64,000 bases of DNA from Asterias rubens. Lineage: Eukaryota. The stretch covers positions 1,240,001-1,304,000 of the forward strand of contig NC_047074.1 of assembly GCF_902459465.1 (NCBI RefSeq). Reading direction: 5' to 3'. Both the position numbers and the translations under genes were made by a program. The notes beneath the pieces were generated by a model. It ran no database searches and was not told the DNA's origin. It saw only the letters and a program-made list of their open reading frames with translations. Below are positions 38,147 through 51,365 of the stretch, piece after piece; position 1 is the stretch's first letter, and each line of letters starts with the position of its first letter.

Positions 38147-38528
38147 TTAAAGACACTGGACCCCAATAGTAATTGTTCAAATTATTTATTAGAATAAAAA
38201 AACATATGTGGAAACGAGCAATGGGGAGTTATTCATAGTTAGAGCACTGTGAGAAACGGCTACCTCTGAAGTAGTGTAGTTTTTGAGAAAGAGGTAATTA
38301 CTACTCCCATTTCAATATGATAAGACTTCAGCCCCTTTTAAGGCACCTGTAAGCACACAAACTGTGCAGCGAGTTTGGTTTTTCTTTCATTATTATCTTG
38401 CAACTTCGATAACCAATTGATTCAAAACTGTAACAGATTTGTTAGTTGTATCATAATTATGTTGGGTAACATCAAGTGAGGATACTGGTAGTTGACAATT
38501 TTTTTCCTAAGCTGTCCCGTGCCTTTAA
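38147..38528. mobile_element. Kolobok-type MITE, old copy
   Basis: TTAA-AGACACTGGAC ... gtcccgtgcct-TTAA with decayed internal consensus. Confidence 0.7.
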
Positions 38529-39801
38529 AGTAATAAATATAAATGGACGGTCATTGCGAGTGATGACATATCATAACCGCACCATGTTTTAATTATTGAA
38601 ACTGTTTAGTAGTAATAAATATAAGTGGACGGTCATCGAGCCACTGTTTTTTGAAGGATTAGATGTATCTATTATTTATTTTCTTCATTTGTTATTTAAT
38701 CTGTATAGACCTTGAGTTTAATTGAAGTTTGCCTTTTCACTGAACGCAGAGAAACGCACGTTTATAAAAAACAAATTTAATCCACGCTCAATGACGCATT
38801 GGCTTTTTAATTTTGAATAGTAGTTTTTCTCTATTTTCAAATTCATTTAATAGTTTATAACAAAAATTGATTGATTCAGTTTTACATTTTTAGAGTAGTA
38901 AGGAATGTCGTTTTTCTCCGATTAGTGACTGATTGTCTTGCGGTTAGCGGAGAGGTAACTTTAACATTGTTTTCTTTTAAAAATACTATACAACTGTTAT
39001 TCAATACTTTACTTGACTACTTAATGCAAATCACTTATCTGAAACAAAAACAATTTCATTTCTCCTACGCATCTTAACGTCAGGCCTATGCATCAATTTA
39101 ATAACGAAGTAAAAGATGATGCTTTTTTGTTAAAAAAAAAGATATTTTTATAAAATCCTCGAACAATAATCCGCACACAATAATAATAATAATAATAAGA
39201 CATTTGTAAAGCGCCTAATGCAAAAGCCTCTACGCACAATGGTGGGACGCGATGTACATCAATGAATACTTAATTTATTTCCGTTACCACGGTTACCAAA
39301 CTGTTTCGCTAAAAATAAAAAAATAAAATAATGCATTATCTAAATTTGGGAATCGTGAAATCCTTATCCTCCGCTCGTGGGCTTGAAATTGAAAACCTTA
39401 AACCTCGTTGGGAATTCGAACTAAATACTTGACGCGTGACGTAGGTTTTAGGAGTTTGTAGTTTAGTCGGTTGAATTTTATTTGGTAACTTAAACTAGTT
39501 GCGACCTAGGGGTACTTGGAAGAGCACCACGATTACGAAAGCTGTAGGGGGACAACATTATAGATAAGAATGTAAGTCATTAATGTTTCATTTGTGTGTA
39601 TCATCCCCAATCTAGTGGCATGTGGGCGTTCTTAATACAGTATGTTGAACCTGGAGGAAACCGCAAAGCTTTGGTAGCAACTCGATACGCCCGAATGGGG
39701 AACAATCAACTAATGAGTAATGTGAAACCACAAAGCACTTCATCATCCCCGACCTAATAAACAACAAATCCATGTCAAACTAAGTAAAATATTACAGAGT
39801 A

Positions 39802-40195
39802 TTAAAGACACATGGACACCTACGGTAACTGTAATAGACCAGTCTTCCCACTTGGTGTATCTCAACATATGCACAAAATAAAAAACCTGTGAAAATTTGA
39901 ACATAATTGGACGTCGAAGTTGTAGGATAGTAATGGAAGAAAAACCTACCTTGTTACACGAAGTTGTGTTTCAGATGCTTGAATTCAAGACATCAAAATC
40001 AAATTCTGAGGGCTCGAAATCAAATTTAAATATTTTAGAGAGAAATTACTTCTTTCTCTAAAACGACGTTACTTCAGAGGGAGACGTTTTTCACAATGTT
40101 GTATGATATCAACATCTCTACATTGATCGCTAACAAGTAAGTTTTTATGTTAACAATTATTTTGAGCGATTACCAATAGTATTTAGTGCCTTTAA
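39802..40195. mobile_element. Kolobok-type MITE
   Basis: TTAA-AGACACATGGACAC ... tagtgcct-TTAA. Confidence 0.75.
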
Positions 40196-41169
40196 AGAGA
40201 CGCAGACTCTCAAAAAACAAAAATTTAAATTGAGTTTAAAATAATGTTGAAGCCATCATCAGTTCGCTAATAATACAGTAGTGCTCATGTTGAACTAGAT
40301 GTGAACAATGCGAGGCTTGTGTAGCAATTTGATATGCCCCGATGACATCCATCACATGAGTAATGTGAAACCACAAACCACTTCAATCTCTGACCTAATT
40401 AATAACAGATAAAAATCAACAAAACCATAAAAATAACACTTAATATTAAGGCGTCATTACCGAACCGTTGAGAGTTGTTTCTCGTTAACTCTAAAAACCC
40501 ACAAATTAAAATTAAAATAATGTTCAGGCCATAATCATTTTCATTGCTAATTAATCAGCGGATCCCTTTGTTCCTCGCCACAGCAGAAACTCCGGTACAA
40601 ATTTAGGGGGAACCAAGAGATATCAGAATTAGTCTAGGGTCAACTTCATGCAAACAACACTGTAAGTTGAGTTTGCATTTCTTCTAAAAGAACTCATTTC
40701 AGCTCTCTTTTTATAGCATTCCATATGTTTTGTAAGACGATCTGACTTAAGCGTAAAAACTACATTGTCTGCATGGAAATCGAGAGATAAAAAAAAAAAA
40801 AAACGTTGACGAAATCAAATTAAAGCTTATAATAATTTACATTTTCTCTGCTGAGTTTTGTAAAAAGTCTTATTTGAAATTGGGGCAACCGATAGGGCAC
40901 GGTCAGTGGGGTAGGGGCACGTGCTCCCAACCCGCTAGTTTACGCCACTAATGATATAGCCATCACAGATAATACACCCTCACATAACGGCAGTCGTTCC
41001 ATAAACTCAGACGTCCAAATCACCAGAGTTTCTTTTGTAGCTTCATTTAATCAAATCTAGGTATGAAACCGACGGGGATCTTTCAAAGTGATCGGTGCTG
41101 TACCCCGCGGCCTGGACTTCATGTCTAAAGTCAAAGACGAAGACGGCAAAATGAAATCAGGAAGGAAGG

Positions 41170-41313
41170 AAAATCCTTAACAGGGATAAAGCCACGTAAT
41201 CAGGGAGTAGAGACTGAAAGCTTCAATCCAAGCGGGAAGTCTTTGATCTGACAAGGGATTCGAACCGGGGTTCACAGAGGTGAGAGGCAGGTCATTACAC
41301 CATGAAGCCAACC
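41170..41313 (-). mobile_element. tRNA-derived SINE
   Basis: Minus strand: A-box tggtgtaatga, B-box ggttcgaatccc. Confidence 0.55.
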
Positions 41314-41407
41314 TCTTGAAGTGGAATAAACTGCTGCGTGAACATTTCACGATGCATTTTGTTTTTGAATAAGAGTACTGTCCGAAAACGAAGACAGTCA
41401 TGCATAC

Positions 41408-41480
41408 ATTAATTAATAATTACGGCTTCTTATATAGTGCTCATATTCGCCACTCAGTGAAACTCAAGGCGCTTTAATAT
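41408..41480 (-). repeat. L2/CR1-like 3' tail; similar tails at ~39180-39236 and ~52838-52900
   Basis: aaagcgccttgag...gagcactatataagaa stem-loop followed by (ATT/AAT)-type repeat, as in L2-mobilised tails. Confidence 0.45.
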
Positions 41481-41539
41481 TCAGTATTTTCATAAACAAG
41501 TTTTGTGGAAATACGCTATTGAAGTTTGAACCCTATTAT

Positions 41540-41785
41540 TTTACTCAGCACCATGTTTTACAAGGTGCTGTGGTGCTGCCGATCGAACCAGGAACACCTG
41601 GGCGAACCAGGAACACCTGGGCGAACCAGGAACACCTGGGCGAACCTCTTCTCTTATCTTATCAATGTAAGTGCACGGTTTGTGTTTACCTGCATAACAA
41701 AACACACGGGACCAACGGCTTTACGTCCCACGCGAAGGACGCAGCAGTATTGAATATGTGTCTTGCTCAAAGACACAAGTGTCCA
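41540..41785 (-). mobile_element. SINE body and tail with a 19-bp tandem triplication
   Basis: Minus strand gacacttgtgtctttgagcaagacac...cgtccttcgcgtgggacgtaaagccgttggtccc. Confidence 0.55.
41584..41646. repeat. 19-bp tandem repeat x3.3 (CGAACCAGGAACACCTGGG)
   Basis: Units at 41584, 41603 and 41622, partial at 41641. Confidence 0.92.
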
Positions 41786-43440
41786 ATTGAAATTAGACGA
41801 TGTTCCTTTTGTTTACCATACTCATGTTGAATGAATGAGGTGGGTAGAGTAACACGTTGAAGTGATACGGCCCTCACGATGTAACATGTTCCCTGTCAAA
41901 CACATTTCATTCATGATCTTACATGCATGTATATTCATGACCCTGAACAGCACCAGAGACTGTAACTGATACGCATACGCTCATCACCATCTGAATTACA
42001 CTTAAAGGGGCACGTCGTCGTTAATATGCCAGCTATCTCACATTGGCGTACTTTCCTTTGCCTATAGTTGTATATATTAATGTAGTTTAAGTAGTTTTCT
42101 TTGTATGGTTGTTATCATGCCTGTACAGCGTATTGGGGTCTGTCTTTGACGGAATACGCTCTACAAGAGTGATTTATTATTGTTATTATGTCTGTATGTG
42201 GCTGGGCATTGAAAACGTGACCCCTGACCTACTTAATTCACGCGCACGCACTGACCATCACTTCAGAAACATAAGCTGTTATTAAGGGCGCCTTCATTAT
42301 TATCGTGCGCAAACGAGCGTTGGACGATCAGTTTGGAAACGACCCTATGGTGGGACCAGTAACTATTTCGGACTCTTACTATGAATTTGTGGAGCGACGC
42401 GACGCGTACAATTAGTAAAGATAATTATGGTCAAATAACGGACGGCACGTGACGCGTGTAACAATCAAATAACAAGGTTTTGTGTATGGGGTAGAGAGAT
42501 TAGGTCACCCACCCTGTGACAATCGTCTTTTAGTTTTATGTTGATTACTGAAATATTTGAAATTATTCCTCAATGTCCAGGCATTTTGTTCCTCAAGCCC
42601 TTTTGGTCTCTGCTCAAAACATTTAACCTCCAGTTCTGGTAAACCCACAGTTTGCAACATTTTCAATCCTGAATATGCCAAACTTGTAACTGCATATGGT
42701 TACCTTTTTCTTCTGAATGAATTGTACTTTTGTACATTGTTTTGACTAGCAACAACGAATTATTCTTTCATATTGTTAACTCTCCTCTATACAAGTGTCT
42801 CCAGGCAAATAATTTGACACCAGAAATAGAGAAACTTAAGGGAAAAGAATCTAGCGTATCTTTAATTTAATGATCGCCAGCATTGAGCTCCAAAATGTCA
42901 TCACATCCGCAGGGAATAAAAACGGGTAAATCGCCACAGTCAACACTAATATCAGACAATTTCATGCATTATGCGCAAGGCTTAATCAGACAAAAAGACC
43001 TGACATGAACAGGGAGAGTGGTGTAGTTTGCTTAACCACCTTAAGTCCACAACGTTCAATTCTCCTCGACAAATATGCGTGTCGTATTCTTGTCGCTCAG
43101 GTTGCTTGAGAGTCTTCGCAGACGGTATCGTTCCTGCATCTTGTGTTTCCCGCGCGGAATACCAATCTGTTTTCTGACCCCCCCCCCCCCTGTGTGTCCC
43201 CTTTTCTTCGTTTTTGTTCGCGTCGGGATATCGATTGCATGAGAAACACATGGGCACTAATATACGGCTAGGGTTTTTGCTACACACCTAGGCAGGGTGT
43301 CCCCAATTGTAGCCAACGGTTTGTTTGCATAAGGACATTCATAGAACGGATCCACCGTAGGGTGAAAACTATTAGCAAAAGGGAAATGACCGGATATTCT
43401 GAACATTATGTCTCAGTGTGACTAAGGCTCAAAAATCAGC

Positions 43441-43983
43441 AGAAGCAGCAGCAGCTTGAACAGTACAGAAACNNNNNNNNNNNNNNNNNNNNNNNNNNNN
43501 NNNNNNNNNNNNNNNNNNNNNNNNNNNNNNNNNNNNNNNNNNNNNNNNNNNNNNNNNNNNNNNNNNNNNNNNNNNNNNNNNNNNNNNNNNNNNNNNNNNN
43601 NNNNNNNNNNNNNNNNNNNNNNNNNNNNNNNNNNNNNNNNNNNNNNNNNNNNNNNNNNNNNNNNNNNNNNNNNNNNNNNNNNNNNNNNNNNNNNNNNNNN
43701 NNNNNNNNNNNNNNNNNNNNNNNNNNNNNNNNNNNNNNNNNNNNNNGACGACGACGACGAAGACGACGACAACAACAACAACAACAACAGCAGCAACAGC
43801 AACCACAACAAAAAACAACATNNNNNNNNNNNNNNNNNNNNNNNNNNNNNNNNNNNNNNNNNNNNNNNNNNNNNNNNNNNNNNNNNNNNNNNNNNNNNNN
43901 NNNNNNNNNNNNNNNNNNNNNNNNNNNNNNNNNNNNNNNNNNNNNNNNNNNNNNNNNNNNNNNNNNNNNNNNNNNNNNNNNNN
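43441..43983. repeat. Compound trinucleotide microsatellite (AGC/GAC/AAC) with N-runs 43473-43746 and 43822-43983
   Basis: Visible GAC/AAC/AGC tracts abut the N-runs. Confidence 0.8.
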
Positions 43984-44840
43984 AGGGTGAGAATCATATG
44001 GGTGGAGATTTACTTTACATCCCAAACATCCTGGCGAAATGATCCTGCTGATAATGATGCACAACACGTATTATTACGCAAACTACTAAAACGCCTGAAC
44101 GTTTACATTGGGGGCGTGACTGCAGCTGCAGACAAATGCAAAACACTGCTTTAAACAATCTTTGAAAAAATTGTAATTTGAAATACAAAAAACTAAAACT
44201 TAGCGATCAATCAAAGATGTAAATACAGTCTATCTGCCAGCACTCTTTCCGTAATGTTTTTTCGGTTAATTCGTTTTTCCAAAAGTAGTGTTTCTGGTGA
44301 CAATTTTGCTCTAAAACCGTTGATCAAACACTTATAGCCAAGTGCTTTCTGTTTCCACCGTTCATTTCAACCATTACTTTCAATTTTCACAGAGAGAGAA
44401 TATTCCCTGAAACCTTGTATAGTCCGTTATTCCCAATTCCTTTAGGATACCCTTGTGATTTATTACACACCACGATAAAAGATGATATCTCAAAAGGAAG
44501 ATTATGAAAACTGATTGGAGACAAGGGTTTATATGTCTTGGGATAAAAACAACAGCACTAGCTGCCCTTCATGTCCGTCTTATATAGTTGCTAACCACCC
44601 CCTAGCTAGCAGAGCAAAGTCATTATCCATCTTCCCTAGCTACACGGTGAAACAAATTGAGTAAGTGTGAAGAAAGAAAATGAGAAAAAACACCGTAGGC
44701 GCTATGAGGATTAGATATCCACAAGAAATCATTTCTGATTCCTCTTTCATCAACACTGGTATTATGCTAACCACGAGGGGACGTTGAAAAACAAATGAAT
44801 GGCTACATATAGAGAGAGTAGATTCAAAGGGCTACATTTG

Positions 44841-45087
44841 CTGGGCCCAATTTCATAGAGCTGCTTAGCACAAAAATTCGCTTAGCATAAAATGTATTCC
44901 TTGACGAAAACAGGATTACCAACCAAATTTCCATTTGTTGTATATTGCTTGTTGCTGGTACTCAGCTGTTGTTTGCGTACCGGGAAAACCACGTGGAGGT
45001 TTGTTTGGTATCCTGTTTTTATCTCAGCAAACATTTCATGCTTAGCAAAACAAATTGTGCTTAGCAGCTCCATGAAATTGAGTCCTG
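44841..45087. mobile_element. PIF/Harbinger-type MITE, second family
   Basis: CTG-ggcccaatttcatagagctgc ... gcagctccatgaaattgagtc-CTG. Confidence 0.75.
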
Positions 45088-45334
45088 GTCTGATAAACGA
45101 CTATTTACATAGGTCGTTGATCAAGGTACATTGATTGGGTGAAGTGTAGTTAGAATTGGGTGAGGAGTAGGTATGGCTACACACACTACACCCTGCACGT
45201 AAGATGCGTGGGTGTGTTGAGATCAATATGAGGTCTTGTTCAGAAAATGGCGGTCTTGGGTTTCGATGTGGCAGGGACACAAGATGGGACTCATTACAAC
45301 TGACATTACGACGTATTTGGTACAATGAATAGCC

Positions 45335-45605
45335 TTAAAGGCACTGGACACTATTAGTAATTACTCAAAATAGTTGTGAGCATACAAACTTGTTGGTAAA
45401 CGAGCGATGGGGGGGGAGGCATAAATGAATACGAGCAAGCATCTGAAAGCACTCAACTTCGTGCGACATGGGTGGTTTTTCTTCCATTATTCTCTCGCAA
45501 CTTCGACGACCAACTGAGTTCAAATTTTAACAGGTTTGTTATTTTGAGACACACCAAGTGAGGAGACTGGTCTTTGACAATTGCCAAAAGTGACCAGTGC
45601 CTTTA
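45335..45605. mobile_element. Kolobok-type MITE, internal deletion derivative
   Basis: Both TIRs present; about 120 bp of the middle is missing. Confidence 0.7.
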
Positions 45606-46335
45606 CGACAGTAAATTATTCATCGGGCTCATGACTTTGTAATAGCAAGACGATCCACCGTAAAGAAGAGGGTATACCCTACAAATTAAGTCATTTCTAG
45701 TGGGTAAAAAGTAAATTGAAATGGACTCGCTGACGCATTCTGAGCGGGCGCTGATCAGCGATCGTACCGGGTGATCTGATCAAATATCCGGGCGTGATTT
45801 GGGGCAACGCACGTGAGCAGGCATTTTTAACGTGGTGCAAATTTGGGCAATTTATCACAGCAATTTGAAGAAAATAAGGGCTTACAATGCTTGTGGAGGT
45901 CATGATTAAATCGGGTGGACTAACTCGGCTTTGGGTACTACGTGGGTTTGTTTTGCAGCAAGTCGCTTGAAATTGCTTCTGTATATATTGGAAAATAGGT
46001 ACAACGAAATTATTTATATTTGAATCAAGGGGTATCGCGATGACGCTCGATGTGGGGGTCGGGAAGGTTGTTATACTATTTTGTTTACGATGTTTATTTT
46101 AACTGATCGAGAATAAAACACAAGGCCGATAAACATTATAAATCAGTTCACTTAAAAGGCAGCTCAAATAAATAATAGTTCACAGAACTCCAGAAAGTAC
46201 TGAGCATACTGTTCTGAAAGCACATCGGTGTAACTAATATTCTTGATCCAGAATGCAAAAGTAACATCTATTAAACATTTTAGTAGCCCACAAATTAGCT
46301 AGGGACTGGTATAAATGCAAAAGAAAATAGTTATT

Positions 46336-46404
46336 GGTCTGACGTTCAAACCCTGACAGAGTCTTCATTTAACACAGACTCTACTAGGGTCGAGACATCA
46401 GGCC
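46336..46404. mobile_element. Inverted pair of hammerhead 3' halves (Penelope-type inverted junction)
   Basis: ggtctgacgttcaaaccctgacagagtct (46336-46364) is an imperfect reverse complement of agactctactagggtcgagacatcaggcc (46376-46404). Confidence 0.5.
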
Positions 46405-46475
46405 ATCTATAGTGTGTTTTATGGTATTAACAGCAGCGTTGTTATAGTATTTGACTTTTTAAAGACATTTCTTAG

Positions 46476-46684
46476 AATAACACAACTCCACGACAATTCC
46501 CGGTGTCACCTTGTATCCAAAAGACTGCGAGGTGTACTCCTACATCCTCGATGGACACAAATAATTATTGTTCTATAGCTACTTGCCCTTTGAAGAAGCC
46601 CAGCAGTTTGAATGCCCTGTATGCTAATTTGGGATCCTATGGCCACTACAGAACATGGAAGGACCTCAGGCGAATTCTAACGAG
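46476..46684 (+). pseudogene. Possible decayed C-type lectin domain exon fragment
   Basis: Conceptual translation ...DCEVYSYILDGHK*LLFYSYLPFEEAQQF/NALYANLGSYGHYRTWKDLRRIL with a stop at 46562 and a frameshift at ~46610. Bounded by ttcttag| and ag|gtagac. Confidence 0.3.
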
Positions 46685-49584
46685 GTAGACTATTGGCCTT
46701 TTTCTACCGTATTTAGAAAAGGTTCGGGGCCGTTGATGAGTGTACGATTCCCCGGTGGATAATTTTACTCGAAGTCAGTTTTGGCGAGATACCAAAGTCA
46801 TCAACGCCCGTCTGTTGGGAAAACAACGATCGACTGTACAGTGTATAGTTACGTGGGTTCTCGCGTCAGGGGAACGCAGATAGTTTCCGTTTTTAAAATA
46901 ACGCCGTGTAGCAGGGACCATTGCCTGTGCCCACTCGTCCACCCTCCCACCATGATTGCCACTACTAGGGTCCGTGTTTTTGTTGTTCTAGAAAGAAGAA
47001 TTCAAAATGTGGAGCGATATCTATAGATCAGAACTTGAAACTGTTTTAACCTCAAGGGAAACTAAGAAAATTACTACGCCATGAATTTATAATGTGATGA
47101 TTTAGCACGTGTTTGTAGTTAGCAGAGATTAAATTACTTGGTTGAATTAAGAGCATGAACGAGAAGAACATGGTCATATCATTATCTTTCAAATGAGCAG
47201 TGATTTACACTAGTTGAACAGTGATTAATAACTGTTTAACATGGTCAAGGTCTCACAGTACAACCAAAATGAACAAGACTCATCTGGTTTGTACTTTTTT
47301 TTCAACACCTTTCGTTACAGTGAAAAAAAGTAAAATTACTGGGACCTTTTAATTTGTTATTTTCTTATATATTTTTGTACGTCACCTGTTTCAGTCGTGT
47401 ATACCTTCACATGACAGCTTTACCCTTGGACTGGGCTTATAATAATATTAAGAGCTTATCGTGACGTACCCATGTGATCAAAATGAAATAAGATCTCCCC
47501 CAAAAACAGAATCTTAATACCGAGGATAATTACCCAAGGTTGGGAGGGGTTTTCGGTTACATTGGTAACGCAAAGTTCTTCTGCCGAAGAATGCACGTGT
47601 TGTATTCAATATGTTCGTTTGAAAATTTCTTTGCACAAACATTCGTTTAAGTCAGAGAAATGGCTATTCAAAAGTAGCTCTGAAGAACACAATCATGTTG
47701 ATGGACCCAAGACAAAATTATAAAGGCTGGAGACCAGTCATTCTCATGCACTGCTCCTACACTCTGGAACTCAATACCTCGTTCTATGGCCAATGTGACA
47801 TGCACTTACCAATTCGAAAAGCATCGTTTATGAAGAGATGCGTGTTTTTGTGTGTGTTTTTTTTCTATCGCTTTGCAACCGCTGGAAAAGGTGCTTTACT
47901 ACTAAATACGGCCAATGACAATAATTATTTTGTTTGCTGATTCAGTTCTAGGTCACCGTCGTTTGTGGTTGACACGTTGTAATTCATAATAAATAAGTCA
48001 CCATAAATAAATACATTATAAATTTACATGATTAGGACTAAAATTACATAAACGAAATAGACATGCCTCGAACTCCTATACGCATGGGTTTTTGATTAGT
48101 AGGGGGCTTGTACACGAAAATCACCGCGCCTCGCAAACCATGTCTTTATATCTTTGCCACCATTTTGTTCTCGGACATTTATTTTTGTTCTCTTTCAATG
48201 AAAATAAGATTTATTTCCATTGAAATTGTTTGGCTTCAATTGTGTCGTGTTGTGAAACAATTGATTGATTGATTTTTGTTACATTTTCCCCAGTAAACCA
48301 AATCCCTCATTTACCCAACTATTGCAATCATGCATCGGAGTGGCCCATTACTCTGGTATCAACTTTGTTGGATTGTATTATGGCCCAGCTTTAGGTACCA
48401 CCAAGTGGTAATGCTATAAGTCCAATCCGATGCATGTTCAAAAGTGAGTTCGACACTCATCCGTTTGCTTAAATCCACGCTTCATGTTTGATTCAACGGG
48501 TTGGTTCAGTTAGGGTGTTCCCTGGGGTGACATCGGCCTTGCGTTCACACGAGCAAGTCCACAGTGAAATTCACCTGTGTGTGTTTTCACGGCAGTTATG
48601 TTATCCTTGCTCCTAGTTGTTTACTATTATATTAGTTACCACGGGCTGGTAAACAAAAACGTACTGTGAATTACGTGGTGTGTCACATTTTGCTTTTATC
48701 TGACCGACCGGGGGCAGGACTGTGGGTTAGGAGTCTATGAATGATGTGTGAAAGGAAAATAGATGTGGCACATTTTGAATTGGAAATTAAGCTTGTGATG
48801 TTATGGAAATCGATGGGCGAATGAATGGGGGTGGGTGAGATGGGTTGAGATTTGCTTCGACCGTCAATCTATTAAACATTGACGCCATGGTTTTACTGCG
48901 TTGAGCCACTATGATTGATCGATGTCTTGTAACCTCGAGGGACCCACCATATCAAATCAGTAACAGAAAAACAGGTGTCAATGTAACAGTTATATATGTA
49001 TCTGTAATAATTGGGTTTTATGAGTTCACCGGAAAAGACTGTTTGAATCTTACCATAAGATAGCCCAGGGAGATTTAAGAGGTGACAGCGATTTTTATTT
49101 ACCAATCTTTATTAAATCCTGACAAGACTAAAAATGGTGGATAAAAAAGTTGGACTTACGTCACTTTGGTGTACACATCACGCATGTCGTCATTTGTGAC
49201 GTCATCGCTCGACTCGTCCGTCGCGTTTGTGTGAAGTCCAGACCGGGTGCAGTGGATACAATATTACGAGAGTGTAAAACCTGCAGTAGTGTCAAAAAAA
49301 AAATCAATTTGAAATGGTGAAACAATTTTTTAGCTCTGAAATAAATCGAAATTTCATACAGGCCTGTTTTATTTAGAGAACACCAACCTACACGTCTTAT
49401 TTGATAAACATCAAAGCCACATATGTGTCATCGACGATTGGGGGCGAGTGGCAAAGTAAAAATCCAATCAACTCATTTTGCCCCAAACTTAATTCACCAA
49501 AGGATACAAGAATGTTACCTTATATTATGGGATCGACGCGTGGCTTGTCGTGGGCGAGCGTTCAAGCGTATACGTACTCAAGAT

Positions 49585-50092
49585 CAGGCCCAATTTCTTA
49601 GAGCTGCTTTTAAAAGCAACAATTTTGCTTAACAACTCTCTCTGTTAAGTAGAAATAAACACGGATAACAATCAGAAATAATACATGTGACATGATAGTT
49701 TGGCTGGTAACCTTATTCTGGTAACCTTATTTTTGTTGTGCTTAGCATATTTTTAAAATTTGGCCATTGTGTTTCTGATCAGTAGAGTGTGGGTTCGAGT
49801 CCCAACCTTTGTGCCTAAGTAAATTTAAACACCTTACCATCACTGCAACTTCCATAAGGGCCCATTTTCATAAAGCTTGTTAGCACAACGGTTTGCTTAG
49901 CATGAAACAAAAGAACAGGATTACCAACCAAATTTCCACGTGATCTTCAGGATAAGCAAACAACAGCTGAATGCCAGTAACAAGCAATATGCAAGCATTT
50001 AAAATTTGGTTGGTAATCTTGTTTTCATCGAGGGAGAAATTTCATTCTAAGCAAATTTTGGGGCTTTCAGGTTTTTTTTAAATTGGGCCCAG
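49585..50092. mobile_element. Two adjacent Harbinger-type MITEs (49585-49765 and 49858-50092) with a SINE fragment between them
   Basis: ggcccaattt/ggcccatttt left ends and aaattgggcc right ends; B-box ggttcgagtccc at ~49792. Confidence 0.6.
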
Positions 50093-51229
50093 ATTGGACG
50101 TGAAGTCGTCCAGTGTAAACCAACTATTCTTAGAGTGCTATAAGTTCGCCCTTGGGTGTTCCCTCGTATTGGCTGCTTTAAGTTGGCGCTGAAGCAACTT
50201 TATATAATTTTACATGGTGATGAAAATCTTATAACTTTATTATTCTTATAACTTTCAAACATCGCTCCATTTACCTGTATAATTGAACTATCACTTAGGC
50301 GCGCCGCGCCCTCTGGGTTTGAACACAGGGGTATATGATTCGAGTATTATTAATATTGTGTAAAACGATGTTAGACACCAACAAGTAAAACCAGTAAAAG
50401 TGGTAAAAAGAGTTAAAAACCGAGTTTTATTTTCATGTTGCGTAATGTTACACATCACCAACAAGTAAAGATAGTAAAAGTGGTAGAAAGAAACATGATT
50501 TGTGAAGTTTACTTTTGATGCAATCGCAAACACCTCATTGCAATGGTTTATTAATGAGCGTATGTTCAACCAGGGAACGTTCCACGGTGTTTAGACGTCG
50601 CTCAAGCCGTTCACGTTCTCATTATTTGACAACCTTTTCTCCCGCGTCATTAGACGTGTCACAAAGTCGTGGTGCGTGACATAAAGGTTGTCTAGAGACT
50701 GAACAAGTGTTTGTTTTAAGACTAATTCCGTGTCGGGGGAATGTCACCGATCCATGTGTTCGTTTTTGAGTTCATGGCGAACGTTGGTCCCTCGCCGTGA
50801 CCACCACCAAGTCGAGACAGTGTGTCTAAGGGCTTCTTTTACTGCCATGATAGTTAGAGCTTAATCACAGGCAGAACTTGTCAAACTGAGTATGACGGCG
50901 CTAAGATCAAATCGAGAGAAAAGAAGGTCTTAAAGGAATCATACCTTTATTTAAAAGTAATCATCCAATATTGAAATTGCACCCCGTGTGTTGAGCCCAT
51001 GATCCTGCCTCCATTTGATCCAGTATTAGATTGTGGGAATCGGCTGCTCGGGCAGACGGCTATTTTGTGTATGGCTGTTGAGGTAGTTTTGCAAGGCAGC
51101 AGTGTGTCTCTTCTAGTGTAAATTAATCATTGAATGGTTCAATTAAACATTCTGTGAGCTTGAACTAAAGTTGTGAGCACTTATCACTAGTCAGCAATGA
51201 GGTGTTAATTGTAAGAGTTGAAACGTTGC

Positions 51230-51365
51230 AAGGTGGGAGTATTTGTTGGTGGTTTGCGGTAGCACCGTGTGTATACTCTCCTTTGAGTAGTGTTAGTAAG
51301 GTGAGACAAGCTAGTGTTCGACAACTCGACGTTTCGATCAGTATGCTCTAATCGTCTTCAGGAGA
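51230..51365 (-). ncRNA. Minimal hammerhead ribozyme motif (intact core) in a Penelope-type repeat, antisense in the intron
   Basis: Minus strand reads TCTC-CTGAAGA-C-GATTAG-agcata-CTGATC-GAAA-C-GTC-GAG (51365-51325), then tail ...cacacggtgctaccgcaaacc. Confidence 0.72.

Noticed and set aside
41584-41646. CRISPR-like palindromic repeats
   Set aside because: No spacers, eukaryotic context, lies within a SINE.
41945-41966. RE1/NRSE-like strings (also ~28920, ~41545)
   Set aside because: Only half-site matches, and one is within a SINE tail.
43422-44154. Long ORFs (191-232 aa) in the track
   Set aside because: They run through N-runs and trinucleotide repeats; artefacts.
50960-51110. Minus-strand YWIK...GLN resembling a GIY-YIG C-terminus near the 51325 hammerhead
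   Set aside because: Spacing is shorter than expected, there is an upstream stop, no GIY/YIG motif, and it lies downstream of the ribozyme; insufficient without an HMM search.
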